Shown piece after piece: positions 1 to 8,071 of a stretch of DNA of 37,623 nt; position 1 is the stretch's first letter, and each line of letters opens with the position of its first letter. The position numbers and the translations under genes were made by a program. The DNA is from a virus. Its lineage: Duplodnaviria; Caudoviricetes. The DNA lies in the IMG/VR virus record IMGVR_UViG_3300034019_000896, positions 1-37,623 of that record; one strand, written 5' to 3'. The notes under the pieces were generated by a model that saw nothing but the letters and a program-made list of their open reading frames with translations, was not told the origin of the DNA and ran no database searches.

Positions 1-227
1 TCGAGTTTCGCCAGCTTGCCGTCGGCGATTGCGCGCTTGAAAAAGTCGTCGTACAGCTTGTGGACGTGCAGCAGGTAGCGCAGTTTCTCGCGCCCGTCCA
101 CGTCATCCATCGGGCTATTCGTCCACAAGTCGATGATGTGCGCGCGGATGTGCTCCCGCGCCTCGACCATCATCTCGTCCTGCCACAGCCGCTCGGCCTC
201 TGCGGCCCGTCGCTGCGGGTCGGTCAC
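1..227 (-). CDS. Small conserved head-module protein, partial (runs off the window); type usually found between portal and scaffold genes
   Basis: Not in the ORF track. Manual translation from GTG at 227: MTDPQRRAAEAERLWQDEMMVEAREHIRAHIIDLWTNSPMDDVDGREKLRYLLHVHKLYDDFFKRAIADGKLAKL. The W..S..DD..GRE.L...GK.A pattern recalls post-portal proteins of podoviruses. Confidence 0.7.
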   Translation of the reverse strand, partial: MTDPQRRAAEAERLWQDEMMVEAREHIRAHIIDLWTNSPMDDVDGREKLRYLLHVHKLYDDFFKRAIADGKLAKL

Positions 228-308
228 TTCAGCGCATCCCGTGCAGCCCGCAGCCGCAGCAGTTCAACATTCGCGGCAATCGTCATGTCAGCCGCGGTCA
301 CGCCCGTT

Positions 309-470
309 TCACTCAGGCTCAGGCTCAGGCTCAGGCGCATCAAGCGCCTGCTGCACTTTCACGGCCAGCGGCAGCGCCGCCTGCGCGACTTGCAGCCCGC
401 CCGCCTTCACGGCGACATCCAGCAGGCCCATCAGCGCGCGGGCTTCGTCTTTTGTCAGTTCGAGCGTCAT
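309..470 (-). CDS. 53-aa hypothetical fibre-associated protein
   Basis: Manual translation MTLELTKDEARALMGLLDVAVKAGGLQVAQAALPLAVKVQQALDAPEPEPEPE. Starts 1 nt after the upstream stop codon. Confidence 0.7.
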   Translation of the reverse strand: MTLELTKDEARALMGLLDVAVKAGGLQVAQAALPLAVKVQQALDAPEPEPEPE

Positions 471-471
471 G

Positions 472-855
472 TCAGTACGCCAGGATCACATCCGCACGCT
501 CTTGCGTGATGAGGTTTTGCGACACGAGGTAGGCCAGCCCCTGCACGACGGTGTCCGAGTACAGCCGCACGGTGGGCGTGGCACGCACCTGCGTGAGGAA
601 GCCTGCAACCAATTCATCGGTCGCGGCAGCGGCGGTGATCGCGGCGTTTTCCTCGGCGGTGAACCGCAGCACGAAGTCGGCGGAGAAGATCGTGCCGACG
701 TTATAGGCATCGGCCCAGCTATTCAGCCACTCTTCAACGCGGGCTTGCAGATACGCCTCGGGCGTCGCCGCGTCGGGGAAATTCGAGCCGTGCTGCGCTT
801 GGTCTGCGTCGACCGCTGCGAGTTGACGGGCGTCGGTGATGGTCACAGTGATCAT
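472..855 (-). CDS. Hypothetical protein, probable fibre-associated/assembly protein
   Basis: 127-aa ORF with RBS-like AAGGA. FVLRFT.EE..AI...GL.YLVS...RA..IL pattern of small proteins that accompany phage fibres. Confidence 0.65.
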   Translation of the reverse strand: MITVTITDARQLAAVDADQAQHGSNFPDAATPEAYLQARVEEWLNSWADAYNVGTIFSADFVLRFTAEENAAITAAAATDELVAGFLTQVRATPTVRLYSDTVVQGLAYLVSQNLITQERADVILAY

Positions 856-871
856 GGGTCAGTCCTTTTGT

Positions 872-1777
872 TCAAGCGGCTAGACACAGCACGTTACTGA
901 GCGTCGCGTCGCCTTTGTTGCGCGTGCGCTTATAAGCATCGACCACGATTTGCGGGTCAAGCATTGCGTTGCGCGGATCTTCGGGGACAAACTTCGATTC
1001 ATCCCACTTCTCGCCCATGTAATATTGCAGGTTGGCATTGTGTGCGTAGCCGTACTGCGTCCAGCGCGTCGATCCCCAGATGACGACGCCGGCCTTTTTC
1101 ACGCTTGCGGAGAAGTGTTGCAGGCATGAATCGACGCCGATGAACCCTTCGGCACCTTTGAGCATCTCATGTAGCACCGCCCACGGCTCAGGGCACTTGA
1201 GCGCCCCGGCGAATCCCGGTTCATTGGGCAACGTCGCATCGATGACTGTGACGTTGGGATACTCCGCGCGCAGGCGCGAGACGACTTGCTGCGCCAAGTA
1301 CAGCGGGTAGTTCCGCAGGGGGTTGTGGCTGGCGTAGTGGTTATTCGGGCTCCAGCCGACCGGAGTCTGACCGCCGCTAAACTGCACCATCATGTACTTG
1401 CCGGTAACGCCGTTCTTTTCCAGCCACTCACGCGCCTGATCGGCCAGATGCGTGGTGTACAGCTTAGGCGTCATGCGCGGGTCGTAATCGACCCCGAAGA
1501 GTTCGCAGTAGGACTCGATCAGATGCTGGCGGCCGAGCGCAAAGTTGCTTTTGTACGGCTCGCAATAGTAGATGTTGTCCGACGCCATGATGCGCGGGTC
1601 GTTGAGCGGCAGCGACTGTTCGTACGCCATCTTGACGTCTGGGTTGTACGCAAAGCAGTCGATGTACGGCGTGTAAATCTGAATCCCCTGCCCCGCCTTT
1701 TTTGCAAGCTTGGGGATCAGCGCGGTGAACGCCGTGCACTTGCCGATGCCGCCTTCGATTACGTAGGTGTTGAGCAT
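872..1777 (-). CDS. GT9-like (heptosyltransferase-fold, GT-B) glycosyltransferase
   Basis: N-terminal EGGIGK loop, HLIESYC segment, and C-terminal FIGVDSCLQHFSASVKKAGVVIWGST matching the GT9 IG.DS...H.A.A.......LFG.T motif. Confidence 0.85.
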   Translation of the reverse strand: MLNTYVIEGGIGKCTAFTALIPKLAKKAGQGIQIYTPYIDCFAYNPDVKMAYEQSLPLNDPRIMASDNIYYCEPYKSNFALGRQHLIESYCELFGVDYDPRMTPKLYTTHLADQAREWLEKNGVTGKYMMVQFSGGQTPVGWSPNNHYASHNPLRNYPLYLAQQVVSRLRAEYPNVTVIDATLPNEPGFAGALKCPEPWAVLHEMLKGAEGFIGVDSCLQHFSASVKKAGVVIWGSTRWTQYGYAHNANLQYYMGEKWDESKFVPEDPRNAMLDPQIVVDAYKRTRNKGDATLSNVLCLAA

Positions 1778-1785
1778 GGCTAGCT

Positions 1786-3378
1786 TCAGTTGAGCTTCGA
1801 CTTGAGTTGCGCGAGTTCAGCGGACAGTTCCTGCACGGCCCGTACCAGCACTGGGATGAGCGCCCCAGGCGCAGCAGTGAGGATGCCGTTCTCGCGGGAC
1901 TCGACCATTCGGACGGTTTTGGCACCGTGCGCCTCGATGGCGCTTTGAGCTTCCTGCGCGATGAAGCCCAGATAGGTTGCGCCGGGGTCTCCATGCACGC
2001 GCTCGGTGGAGTCATCGTGCCCTGGCACGCTCGGGTTGATGTCGCAGCGGCGCTTCCACTGGAAATTCACCGGGCGCAGATCGTTGATCAGCGCGAGACC
2101 GATCGTGCTCGGGTGGATGTTTTCTTTAAGACGTACATCGGACGATGCAGCCCATGAGGTGTCGGAACCGTCGAGGTCGAGTTCCGCGATGTTCGCGCCG
2201 CTGCCGATGGTGATCCGGTTGTCGGCGGTTGCGACGACGTTCACACCGATCGCGATTCGATTCGCCGCCGTCGCAGACCCGGAGTCCGAGCCTCGACCGA
2301 TCATCGTGTTCCCGGAGCCGGTGGTGATCGTGTCGCCTGCGGTTTCGCCGAGAGCGACGTTGCACGAGCCCGTGGTGTTGGCGCAGAGCGCCTGAAACCC
2401 CATCGCGCTGTTGCAGCACCCCGTGGTGTTGCAGAGGAGCGCATTCACCCCCACCGCGCTGTTACTGCCGCCCGTGGTGTTGGCGTAGAGCGCCTGCAAC
2501 CCAACCGCGCTGTTGTTGACGCCCGTGGTGTTGCAGAGGAGCGCATTCACCCCCATCGCGCTGTTCTGGCAACCCGTGGTGTTGCAGAGGAGCGCACTCA
2601 CCCCCACCGCGCTGTTATCGCTACCCGTGGTGTTGGCGTAGAGCGCATCCACCCCCATCGCGCTGTTGTTGACGCCCGTGGTGTTGTTGCGGAGCGCACT
2701 CAACCCCATCGCGCTGTTGTTGCAACCCGTGGTGTTGTCGCGGAGCGCATTCCCCCCCATCGCGCTGTTGCAGCAGCCCGTGGTGTTGTTACGAAGCGCA
2801 TCTACCCCCATCGCGCTGTTGAAGATACCCGTGGTGTTGCAGAGGAGCGCATTCACCCCCATCGCGCTGTTGCAGCAGCCCGTGGTGTTGTCGCGGAGCG
2901 CATTCCCCCCCATCGCGCTATTGTCGCCGCCCGTGGTGTTGGTGAAGAGCGCATTTACCCCCACCGCGCTGTTAACGCTCCCCGTGGTGTTGGCGCAGAG
3001 CGCACTCACCCCCATCGCGCTGTTGTTGCTGCCCGTGGTGTTACAGCGGAGCGCATCCCGCCCCACCGCGCTGTTGAAACACCCTGTGGTGTTGGACTGG
3101 AGCGCACCCACCCCTACCGCGCTGTTGTTGAAGCCCGTAGTGTTACAGAGGAGCGCCTGCACCCCCACCGCGATGTTGCAACAGCCCGTGGTGTTTGCAG
3201 ACAGGGTGCCGGACCCAAGTACCGTATTGTTTGCACCTGTCCCAGCAACCACGGCGCTGCGCAGCATCGTCTGCACAGTCGTCTGCTCGGTCACGCCGCC
3301 CTGCACAACGGGGACAAGCTCGGCACCCGTGAGCGGAGTCGTTGCGACGGGGAGCTCGGATATTTTCTTGTTAGCCAT
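1786..3378 (-). CDS. Trimeric beta-helical fibre with 17-aa repeats and C-terminal intramolecular chaperone (peptidase S74-like)
   Basis: MANKKISELP N-terminus; 17 repeats of NTTGxxNSA(V/M)GxxALxx; S|SDVRLKENI autocleavage motif, GFIAQE, and a LIPVLVRAVQEL coiled-coil end. Confidence 0.9.
   Translation of the reverse strand: MANKKISELPVATTPLTGAELVPVVQGGVTEQTTVQTMLRSAVVAGTGANNTVLGSGTLSANTTGCCNIAVGVQALLCNTTGFNNSAVGVGALQSNTTGCFNSAVGRDALRCNTTGSNNSAMGVSALCANTTGSVNSAVGVNALFTNTTGGDNSAMGGNALRDNTTGCCNSAMGVNALLCNTTGIFNSAMGVDALRNNTTGCCNSAMGGNALRDNTTGCNNSAMGLSALRNNTTGVNNSAMGVDALYANTTGSDNSAVGVSALLCNTTGCQNSAMGVNALLCNTTGVNNSAVGLQALYANTTGGSNSAVGVNALLCNTTGCCNSAMGFQALCANTTGSCNVALGETAGDTITTGSGNTMIGRGSDSGSATAANRIAIGVNVVATADNRITIGSGANIAELDLDGSDTSWAASSDVRLKENIHPSTIGLALINDLRPVNFQWKRRCDINPSVPGHDDSTERVHGDPGATYLGFIAQEAQSAIEAHGAKTVRMVESRENGILTAAPGALIPVLVRAVQELSAELAQLKSKLN
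2329..3195 (-). repeat. 17 x 51-bp coding tandem repeat in the fibre gene
   Basis: Recurring cores AACACCACGGG, AACAGCGCG(A/G)TGGGG and GCGCTC at 51-nt period. Confidence 0.95.
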
Positions 3379-3395
3379 TGCAGCACTCGCTAAGT

Positions 3396-3569
3396 TTAGG
3401 ACTCAAGCAGGATCAGCCCGCCGTCTTCAGTGAGAAGTTGATCGCCCGTTTCAAGCTCTAGCACCTGCGCCGGCGTTTCGTTGCCGCCGAACGGGCCCTT
3501 AGCGCACCACGGACCGCGCCCCTTCCACGGACTGCGCGCTTTCCACGGTCCGCGGCGCAGGAACGTCAT
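3396..3569 (-). CDS. 57-aa protein with (R/K)(G/S)P(W/F) repeats and an LLTEDG motif
   Basis: MTFLRRGPWKARSPWKGRGPWCAKGPFGGNETPAQVLELETGDQLLTEDGGLILLES; ATGA overlap with the upstream stop. Confidence 0.7.
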   Translation of the reverse strand: MTFLRRGPWKARSPWKGRGPWCAKGPFGGNETPAQVLELETGDQLLTEDGGLILLES

Positions 3570-3847
3570 TTGCTGCCGATGACCCCGAAGCGCGACGCCA
3601 CGCCCGAGCCCGCCGTGCGCGTGGCCCGCAGCGCACGCACCGGCGCGTCCAGAACGTCGGTCGACAGCGTGGTGGCGGTGGCGTTCGGCCACGGATACCA
3701 CAGCCGCCCGTCTACGCTGTACTCCACGAGCACGCTGTCACCGTCCAGCGGCTGCACGTAGACGGTCGCCGGGTACAGCACGTTCAAGTCGGCCGTGACG
3801 GCGGTAGAGCCCGTCAGTTCGCCGTGAAATTCGTCACGCAGTCCCAT
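3566..3847 (-). CDS. 93-aa beta-rich virion protein (possible spike base/decoration protein)
   Basis: MGLRDEFHGELTGSTAVTAD...VEYSVDGRLWYPW...RALRATRTAGSG; start overlaps the portal 3' end, AGGAG upstream. Confidence 0.65.
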   Translation of the reverse strand: MGLRDEFHGELTGSTAVTADLNVLYPATVYVQPLDGDSVLVEYSVDGRLWYPWPNATATTLSTDVLDAPVRALRATRTAGSGVASRFGVIGSK

Positions 3848-5861
3848 CAATCGCTCCTGCCGGCCGCATCGCGGCCGCTTGCATGTTTGCCTGCGCCTGG
3901 ATGCGCGCGATCTCAATTCTTGCCTGCGCTTCCAACTCGGCCTTGAAGCGCGCAAGCACCATGTCCTGCTCGGCCCGCATGCGCTCCAGGTCCATCTGCT
4001 GCTGCATACGCTGCTGCTCGAGCGCAAGCTCGGCCTGGCCCATCGCCTGCTCCTGCTGCAATTCGGCCTGCGCTTTTTGCGCTTCCAACTGGCCCTTTTG
4101 CTGCACCTCGACCATCCGCGGGTCCGGCGGCGGCGCCTGCTGCGGCTGCGGCTGCGGGACGCTCCAGAACAGATCGCCCGACTTGAAGCCAGCAAGGTTC
4201 GTGAGCTTGTCGAGCATCGCCTTGACTTTGCCCGGCTCGGTCAGCCCCAGCGGAATCGCCGGCCCGAGTGCGATCTGCAGCATGTTCATCAGGAACTGCT
4301 GCTGCTCCTGCCTGTTGCCGTTGCCCAGCCCGACGCTGATGCTCATGTCCGCGCGCTTCACCCACTGGCGCGGGTCGACCGACACGTATTGATTGCGCAT
4401 CCGCACGATCTGCGGCTGGCGCGCGTGCTTGAGCGTGAGCGCGTGGATCAGCAGGAATAGCTCCTTGACGGCCTCCGCGAACTGCCGCGCGACCATCTCG
4501 AGCCGCGCCTGCGACGCGCCCATGATCTGCATGATGCCGGTCGCGGTCTGGTTCAGGCTGTTCGCATCCAGCCCCGTCGTGTACCGCGTAATACCCGTGC
4601 GCGTCTCCCGCACCGCGTCCATGTATTCGATCACCGGCAGGCCCGCGCCGGCCGTCTGCGGCGTCGTCAGCGGCATCATCGACGTGCCGGGATCGCCATC
4701 CACGCGCACCAGTCCGCCGGGGCGGCTCACCAGCATGTCGTCGAGATTCACCCGCGCCTGGTCGACGGCGAACCGCGGCGCTGCAGACAGATAGGTCGCG
4801 TCCAGCACGCCACGCTGCAACGCCGTTTTAATGTCCTGAATGTCGCCCGCGATGTCGTAGACCGACTGGCCGTAGTGCTGATGGGGCAGCGGGAACGGCG
4901 CGAACGCAGCGATCGGGATGCAATCCGCGTCCTCGTCCAGCAAGATCGTCTTGCCGACCACGACGATGTGGCGCAATTCCGCCTTGCCCCTTCCCGCGTA
5001 GTCGCAGCGCATCCAGCATTCGCGGACCCGGACGCGGCGCATGCTCGGGTCCGACTCGCCCGCGTCCTCCCGATCCCGCCACGGGTTATCGCGGTCGCGA
5101 ATCTCGGCTTCGTAGTCGTTGCCCGACTCGCCACCGTCGCTCAGATCGTCGGAAACGTCAAAGCCTTCCAGCCGCAACTCGCTCAGCGTCTTGCGCTCGC
5201 GCCGCTGCACGAAGTCGGCGTGCGCAAGCGACACCTTGTCGTGCTGCGCGGACACGTAGATGCGCTCCGGCGCCACCACTTGGAACTTCACGCACCCGTA
5301 CATCACCGACCTGCGCAGCGCCACCGCATGCACCGGCTGGCCGTAGCCGTCAACCGCCGGCAGGTGCTCGACAATCTCGACCTCGGCGTCCTGCGCCAAC
5401 ATCGCGAATTCGTCGTCCGTCAGCCCGGCGTACCGCTCGATAGTCGTGTCCTCCGACTCTTCCCAATGCGCGAACACGTAGCCGGTTTTGCTCACCAGCC
5501 CGTCGTGCAAAAAGTCGTGCAGGACCTGGAAGCCCGCGTTGCGCTCGAGCGCAATATGGTTGACGTACTCGGTTTCCTGCTCGGCCGCTTGGATGTCCTC
5601 CGAGCCGCGCGGGGCGAATTCGGCGACCTTTTCGCCCGACAGGAAGATGCGCAGGATGCTCGGCTTGATGCTCTCTACGATGTCGTAGACGTCGCGCGAC
5701 ACCACCTGCGAGCGGCCGTCCGGCGCCGGGTTTGTGTTGTCGCCGAGGTAGTACCGCAGGCTGCGGATGCGGTCCTCGGACACCTCGCCCGCCTGCTCGG
5801 CCAGCCGTTCCTGCGTCTCTATCGCAAGAACCAGGGCTGCGTTAGTCATTTTTGCCATCAC
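3834..5861 (-). CDS. Portal protein (podovirus, P22/BPP-1-like)
   Basis: 675 aa; YYLG...GRSQVVSRDV, D..AAEQ.TEYVN, TGI..Y..G, TATG motifs and Q-rich helical tail; follows terL. Confidence 0.93.
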   Translation of the reverse strand: MMAKMTNAALVLAIETQERLAEQAGEVSEDRIRSLRYYLGDNTNPAPDGRSQVVSRDVYDIVESIKPSILRIFLSGEKVAEFAPRGSEDIQAAEQETEYVNHIALERNAGFQVLHDFLHDGLVSKTGYVFAHWEESEDTTIERYAGLTDDEFAMLAQDAEVEIVEHLPAVDGYGQPVHAVALRRSVMYGCVKFQVVAPERIYVSAQHDKVSLAHADFVQRRERKTLSELRLEGFDVSDDLSDGGESGNDYEAEIRDRDNPWRDREDAGESDPSMRRVRVRECWMRCDYAGRGKAELRHIVVVGKTILLDEDADCIPIAAFAPFPLPHQHYGQSVYDIAGDIQDIKTALQRGVLDATYLSAAPRFAVDQARVNLDDMLVSRPGGLVRVDGDPGTSMMPLTTPQTAGAGLPVIEYMDAVRETRTGITRYTTGLDANSLNQTATGIMQIMGASQARLEMVARQFAEAVKELFLLIHALTLKHARQPQIVRMRNQYVSVDPRQWVKRADMSISVGLGNGNRQEQQQFLMNMLQIALGPAIPLGLTEPGKVKAMLDKLTNLAGFKSGDLFWSVPQPQPQQAPPPDPRMVEVQQKGQLEAQKAQAELQQEQAMGQAELALEQQRMQQQMDLERMRAEQDMVLARFKAELEAQARIEIARIQAQANMQAAAMRPAGAIDGTA

Positions 5862-6391
5862 GCGGCCCGCGCAAAGTCGCCGTAAGACGTTTCGGCCACC
5901 GTAATGTAAGCCTTATGCGCCGCCTCCGGCGTTTTAAAAGTGCCGATGTATTTTGGCCGGTTATTTAGGCGAATCCACGCAGCATACCCGCTACCGTTCT
6001 TCTTGACTCCCTTTAAGCCAACGCGGTTATCTTTCCGCAGTTTAGCGTTGCGTTGATTTTCCGCCGCAGTGGCTTCCCGCAAATTGGCAAATCGGTTGTT
6101 CGCTCGATTGCCATCAATGTGATCGACTTCGTTTGCGGGCCACCTGCCCCGCATTACCAAAAACGCAACACGGTGCGCCATAACTTGCCGCCCAAACACC
6201 CGGACTCGAACGTAACCGCTTTTAGTAACCGTGCCGGCGACAGACCCCTTAACGCCGCTGGCGCGAGTCACTTTGCGCGTGAACAGGCCGGTTTCTGGGT
6301 CGTAATCAAACAGACGCGCAACGATCTCCCGCGCCTCAGCCGCTGGCACTCGGTCTTTGGCTTTCCGAGCATCGTCGCTAGGCAAACTCAT
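5858..6391 (-). CDS. HNH homing endonuclease with AP2-like DNA-binding domain
   Basis: YDPETGLF, AHRVAF, VDHIDGNRANNRFANLREAT..EN, GLKGV, YIGTFKTPEAAHKAY. Looks lower in GC than flanks; overlaps both terL and portal by 4 nt. Confidence 0.92.
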   Translation of the reverse strand: MSLPSDDARKAKDRVPAAEAREIVARLFDYDPETGLFTRKVTRASGVKGSVAGTVTKSGYVRVRVFGRQVMAHRVAFLVMRGRWPANEVDHIDGNRANNRFANLREATAAENQRNAKLRKDNRVGLKGVKKNGSGYAAWIRLNNRPKYIGTFKTPEAAHKAYITVAETSYGDFARAA

Positions 6392-7635
6392 ACGATTCCT
6401 GCGTTGGAATACTTCAGCGGCGCGGCCTTGCCGCCACCATCACGAGACGCCACCGCGGCATAGCGGAATGCGTCCGCGCCGTGGCTGTACTCGTCGTGCA
6501 GCGGGTTGCGCTTGAACCCGCCGCGAATGTCATCCTTGTCCCACCGGTAGCGCCGCAGGCACTGCAGCCCATCGGCGCACCGCACCTCATCGAACCAGCA
6601 GCGGTTGAACATCTCGCGCGCTGCGTTGATGCCGTCCAGCACCGAAATCTGCGGCACGATCCGCACATTGAAACCCGCGGCCCGCGTGATGTCCTCGATG
6701 GACTTGCCAGTGCCTAGCTGCTTGGCCTGCGCGTCGTGCGGCAGCCAGATCGTCCGCAGCACGTAGCCGCGCGACTGCATGTCCGCCATGTACGACGACC
6801 ACGGCCGCAGATGGCCCTGCATGTAGTCGATCAGCCGGAACTGCTGCCCGACCCACTGACCGAACCATGCCGACGTGTAGTCCGCCCATCCCAGGTCAAA
6901 ATAGACTTCGACCGGCTTGGTCTTGTCGACCGGCACCTTGCCGATGCGCTCCTCCTCGGTCGCGCGCCGGATCTCGGTTGCGTAGATCGCACCCTCGAGC
7001 GTCTGCCGGCAGTTGCCTTCCCAGACCGTCAGGTAGGCGTCGGGGTCCGTTTCCTTCAGGTGCCGGCGCTCGGCGTCAAGCACGTCCGGGAACCACGGGT
7101 TGTCGTCCCAGTTGACCTTTGCGACAACCGCGCCGGGCGGCGGCGACAGCACAAAGCGCCGCCAGGATTCATCCGTGTCTAGCTCGGGGTTGAACGACGC
7201 CCAAATCTCGGAGCCGGCCTTGCGGATCGTAGGCACCAAGGTGTCCCACGATTCCTTGCTGACCGTCTGCGCTTCCTCCACCCAGCAGATATCCGCGCCT
7301 TCGTAGGACTTGATCGACGCGACGTTGTGCCGCAGGCCCTCGAATCCGAAACTCGTGCCGTTGCGGCCGAGAATGCGCGTGCGCTGGATTTCGTAGCGGT
7401 CCGCCAAGCCAAGCTGCCCGATCTGGTCGCTCAGCAGCGCGTGCACCGAATCCTGAATGCTGTTCTGGAACTCACGTGCGCACAGGATGCGCAGCGGCTT
7501 CTGCGCGCCGAGGATCAGCAGCGCGCGGGCGAATGACCACGACTTCGCCGAGCCGCGGCCCCCGTATGCGACCTTGTACCGCGCCGGCTGAAACAGGAAC
7601 CGCAGCTTATTCGGGAACTCGGCTTGCAACGGCAT
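6388..7635 (-). CDS. terL: Terminase large subunit, PBSX family
   Basis: YGGRGSAKS Walker A, CAREFQNSI, WVEEAQ Walker B, FNP coupling motif, RNase H-like FDLGWAD and HGADAFRY. Confidence 0.97.
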   Translation of the reverse strand: MPLQAEFPNKLRFLFQPARYKVAYGGRGSAKSWSFARALLILGAQKPLRILCAREFQNSIQDSVHALLSDQIGQLGLADRYEIQRTRILGRNGTSFGFEGLRHNVASIKSYEGADICWVEEAQTVSKESWDTLVPTIRKAGSEIWASFNPELDTDESWRRFVLSPPPGAVVAKVNWDDNPWFPDVLDAERRHLKETDPDAYLTVWEGNCRQTLEGAIYATEIRRATEEERIGKVPVDKTKPVEVYFDLGWADYTSAWFGQWVGQQFRLIDYMQGHLRPWSSYMADMQSRGYVLRTIWLPHDAQAKQLGTGKSIEDITRAAGFNVRIVPQISVLDGINAAREMFNRCWFDEVRCADGLQCLRRYRWDKDDIRGGFKRNPLHDEYSHGADAFRYAAVASRDGGGKAAPLKYSNAGIV

Positions 7636-7924
7636 CCCGGAACACGACTTCCATCACCGACTCGACCGGGCCGCCGTCCGGGCCGCTGACGTAGTTCTCA
7701 AGTGGCACGAGTTTCGGGTAGATGCTCGACCAGAACGCTGCTTCGTTCTTCGGCGACTCGCGCGCCCATTCGACCAGCCGGTCTACGCCGCCCAAGTCCT
7801 GCGCCGCCTGCGCGATGACTTCCTTGGCTGCGCGGCCCACCTTGTTGACGCTGCCCTTCGGCCTGCCGGGACCGGGCTTGCCCTGCCCGACTCGTTTTTC
7901 CTCGGTTTCATTAACCGGTTCCAT
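7607..7924 (-). CDS. terS: Terminase small subunit (putative)
   Basis: GPGRPKGSVNK motif, C-terminal SGPDGGPV, directly upstream of terL; ATG at 7924. Confidence 0.75.
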   Translation of the reverse strand: MEPVNETEEKRVGQGKPGPGRPKGSVNKVGRAAKEVIAQAAQDLGGVDRLVEWARESPKNEAAFWSSIYPKLVPLENYVSGPDGGPVESVMEVVFRDAVASRVPE

Positions 7925-7954
7925 ATCTGGACTTCCCTCGCGGGTGTGGTCCGC

Positions 7955-7982
7955 AAAAAAAACGCCGCACAAGGCGGCGTTA
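7955..7982 (-). terminator. Intrinsic terminator ahead of the late operon (tR'-like)
   Basis: Minus strand ACGCCGC-CTTGT-GCGGCGT followed by a T run. Confidence 0.85.
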
Positions 7983-8042
7983 ACCATCGTTTGGGAGGAG
8001 GCTAGATGAACGCTGCGGAGGGTCCGCCGCCTTCGGATTTGA

Positions 8043-8070
8043 ATCCTACAGCGTTTTGCGGTCGGCGCAA
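8043..8070 (-). promoter_or_regulatory. Putative late promoter (pR'-like)
   Basis: TTGCGC-N16-TAGGAT immediately after the Q-like gene and about 60 nt before the terminator hairpin. Confidence 0.55.
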
Positions 8071-8071
8071 T

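Noticed and set aside
224-286. 20-aa ORF MTIAANVELLRLRAARDALK
   Set aside because: Coupled to the next gene but too short, with no clear RBS, to support a call.
312-335. (CTCAGG)4 repeat as a phase-variation tract
   Set aside because: In-frame hexamer encoding a PEPEPEPE tail; length change would not shift frame.
2329-3195. CRISPR-like array
   Set aside because: The units are in-frame 51-bp coding repeats with no unique spacers, and there are no cas genes.
2329-3195. N-T-T sequons in every repeat as N-glycosylation sites
   Set aside because: NTTG is the generic structural turn of this repeat class and no HMW1C/GT41 enzyme is recognisable; kept only as an alternative to test.
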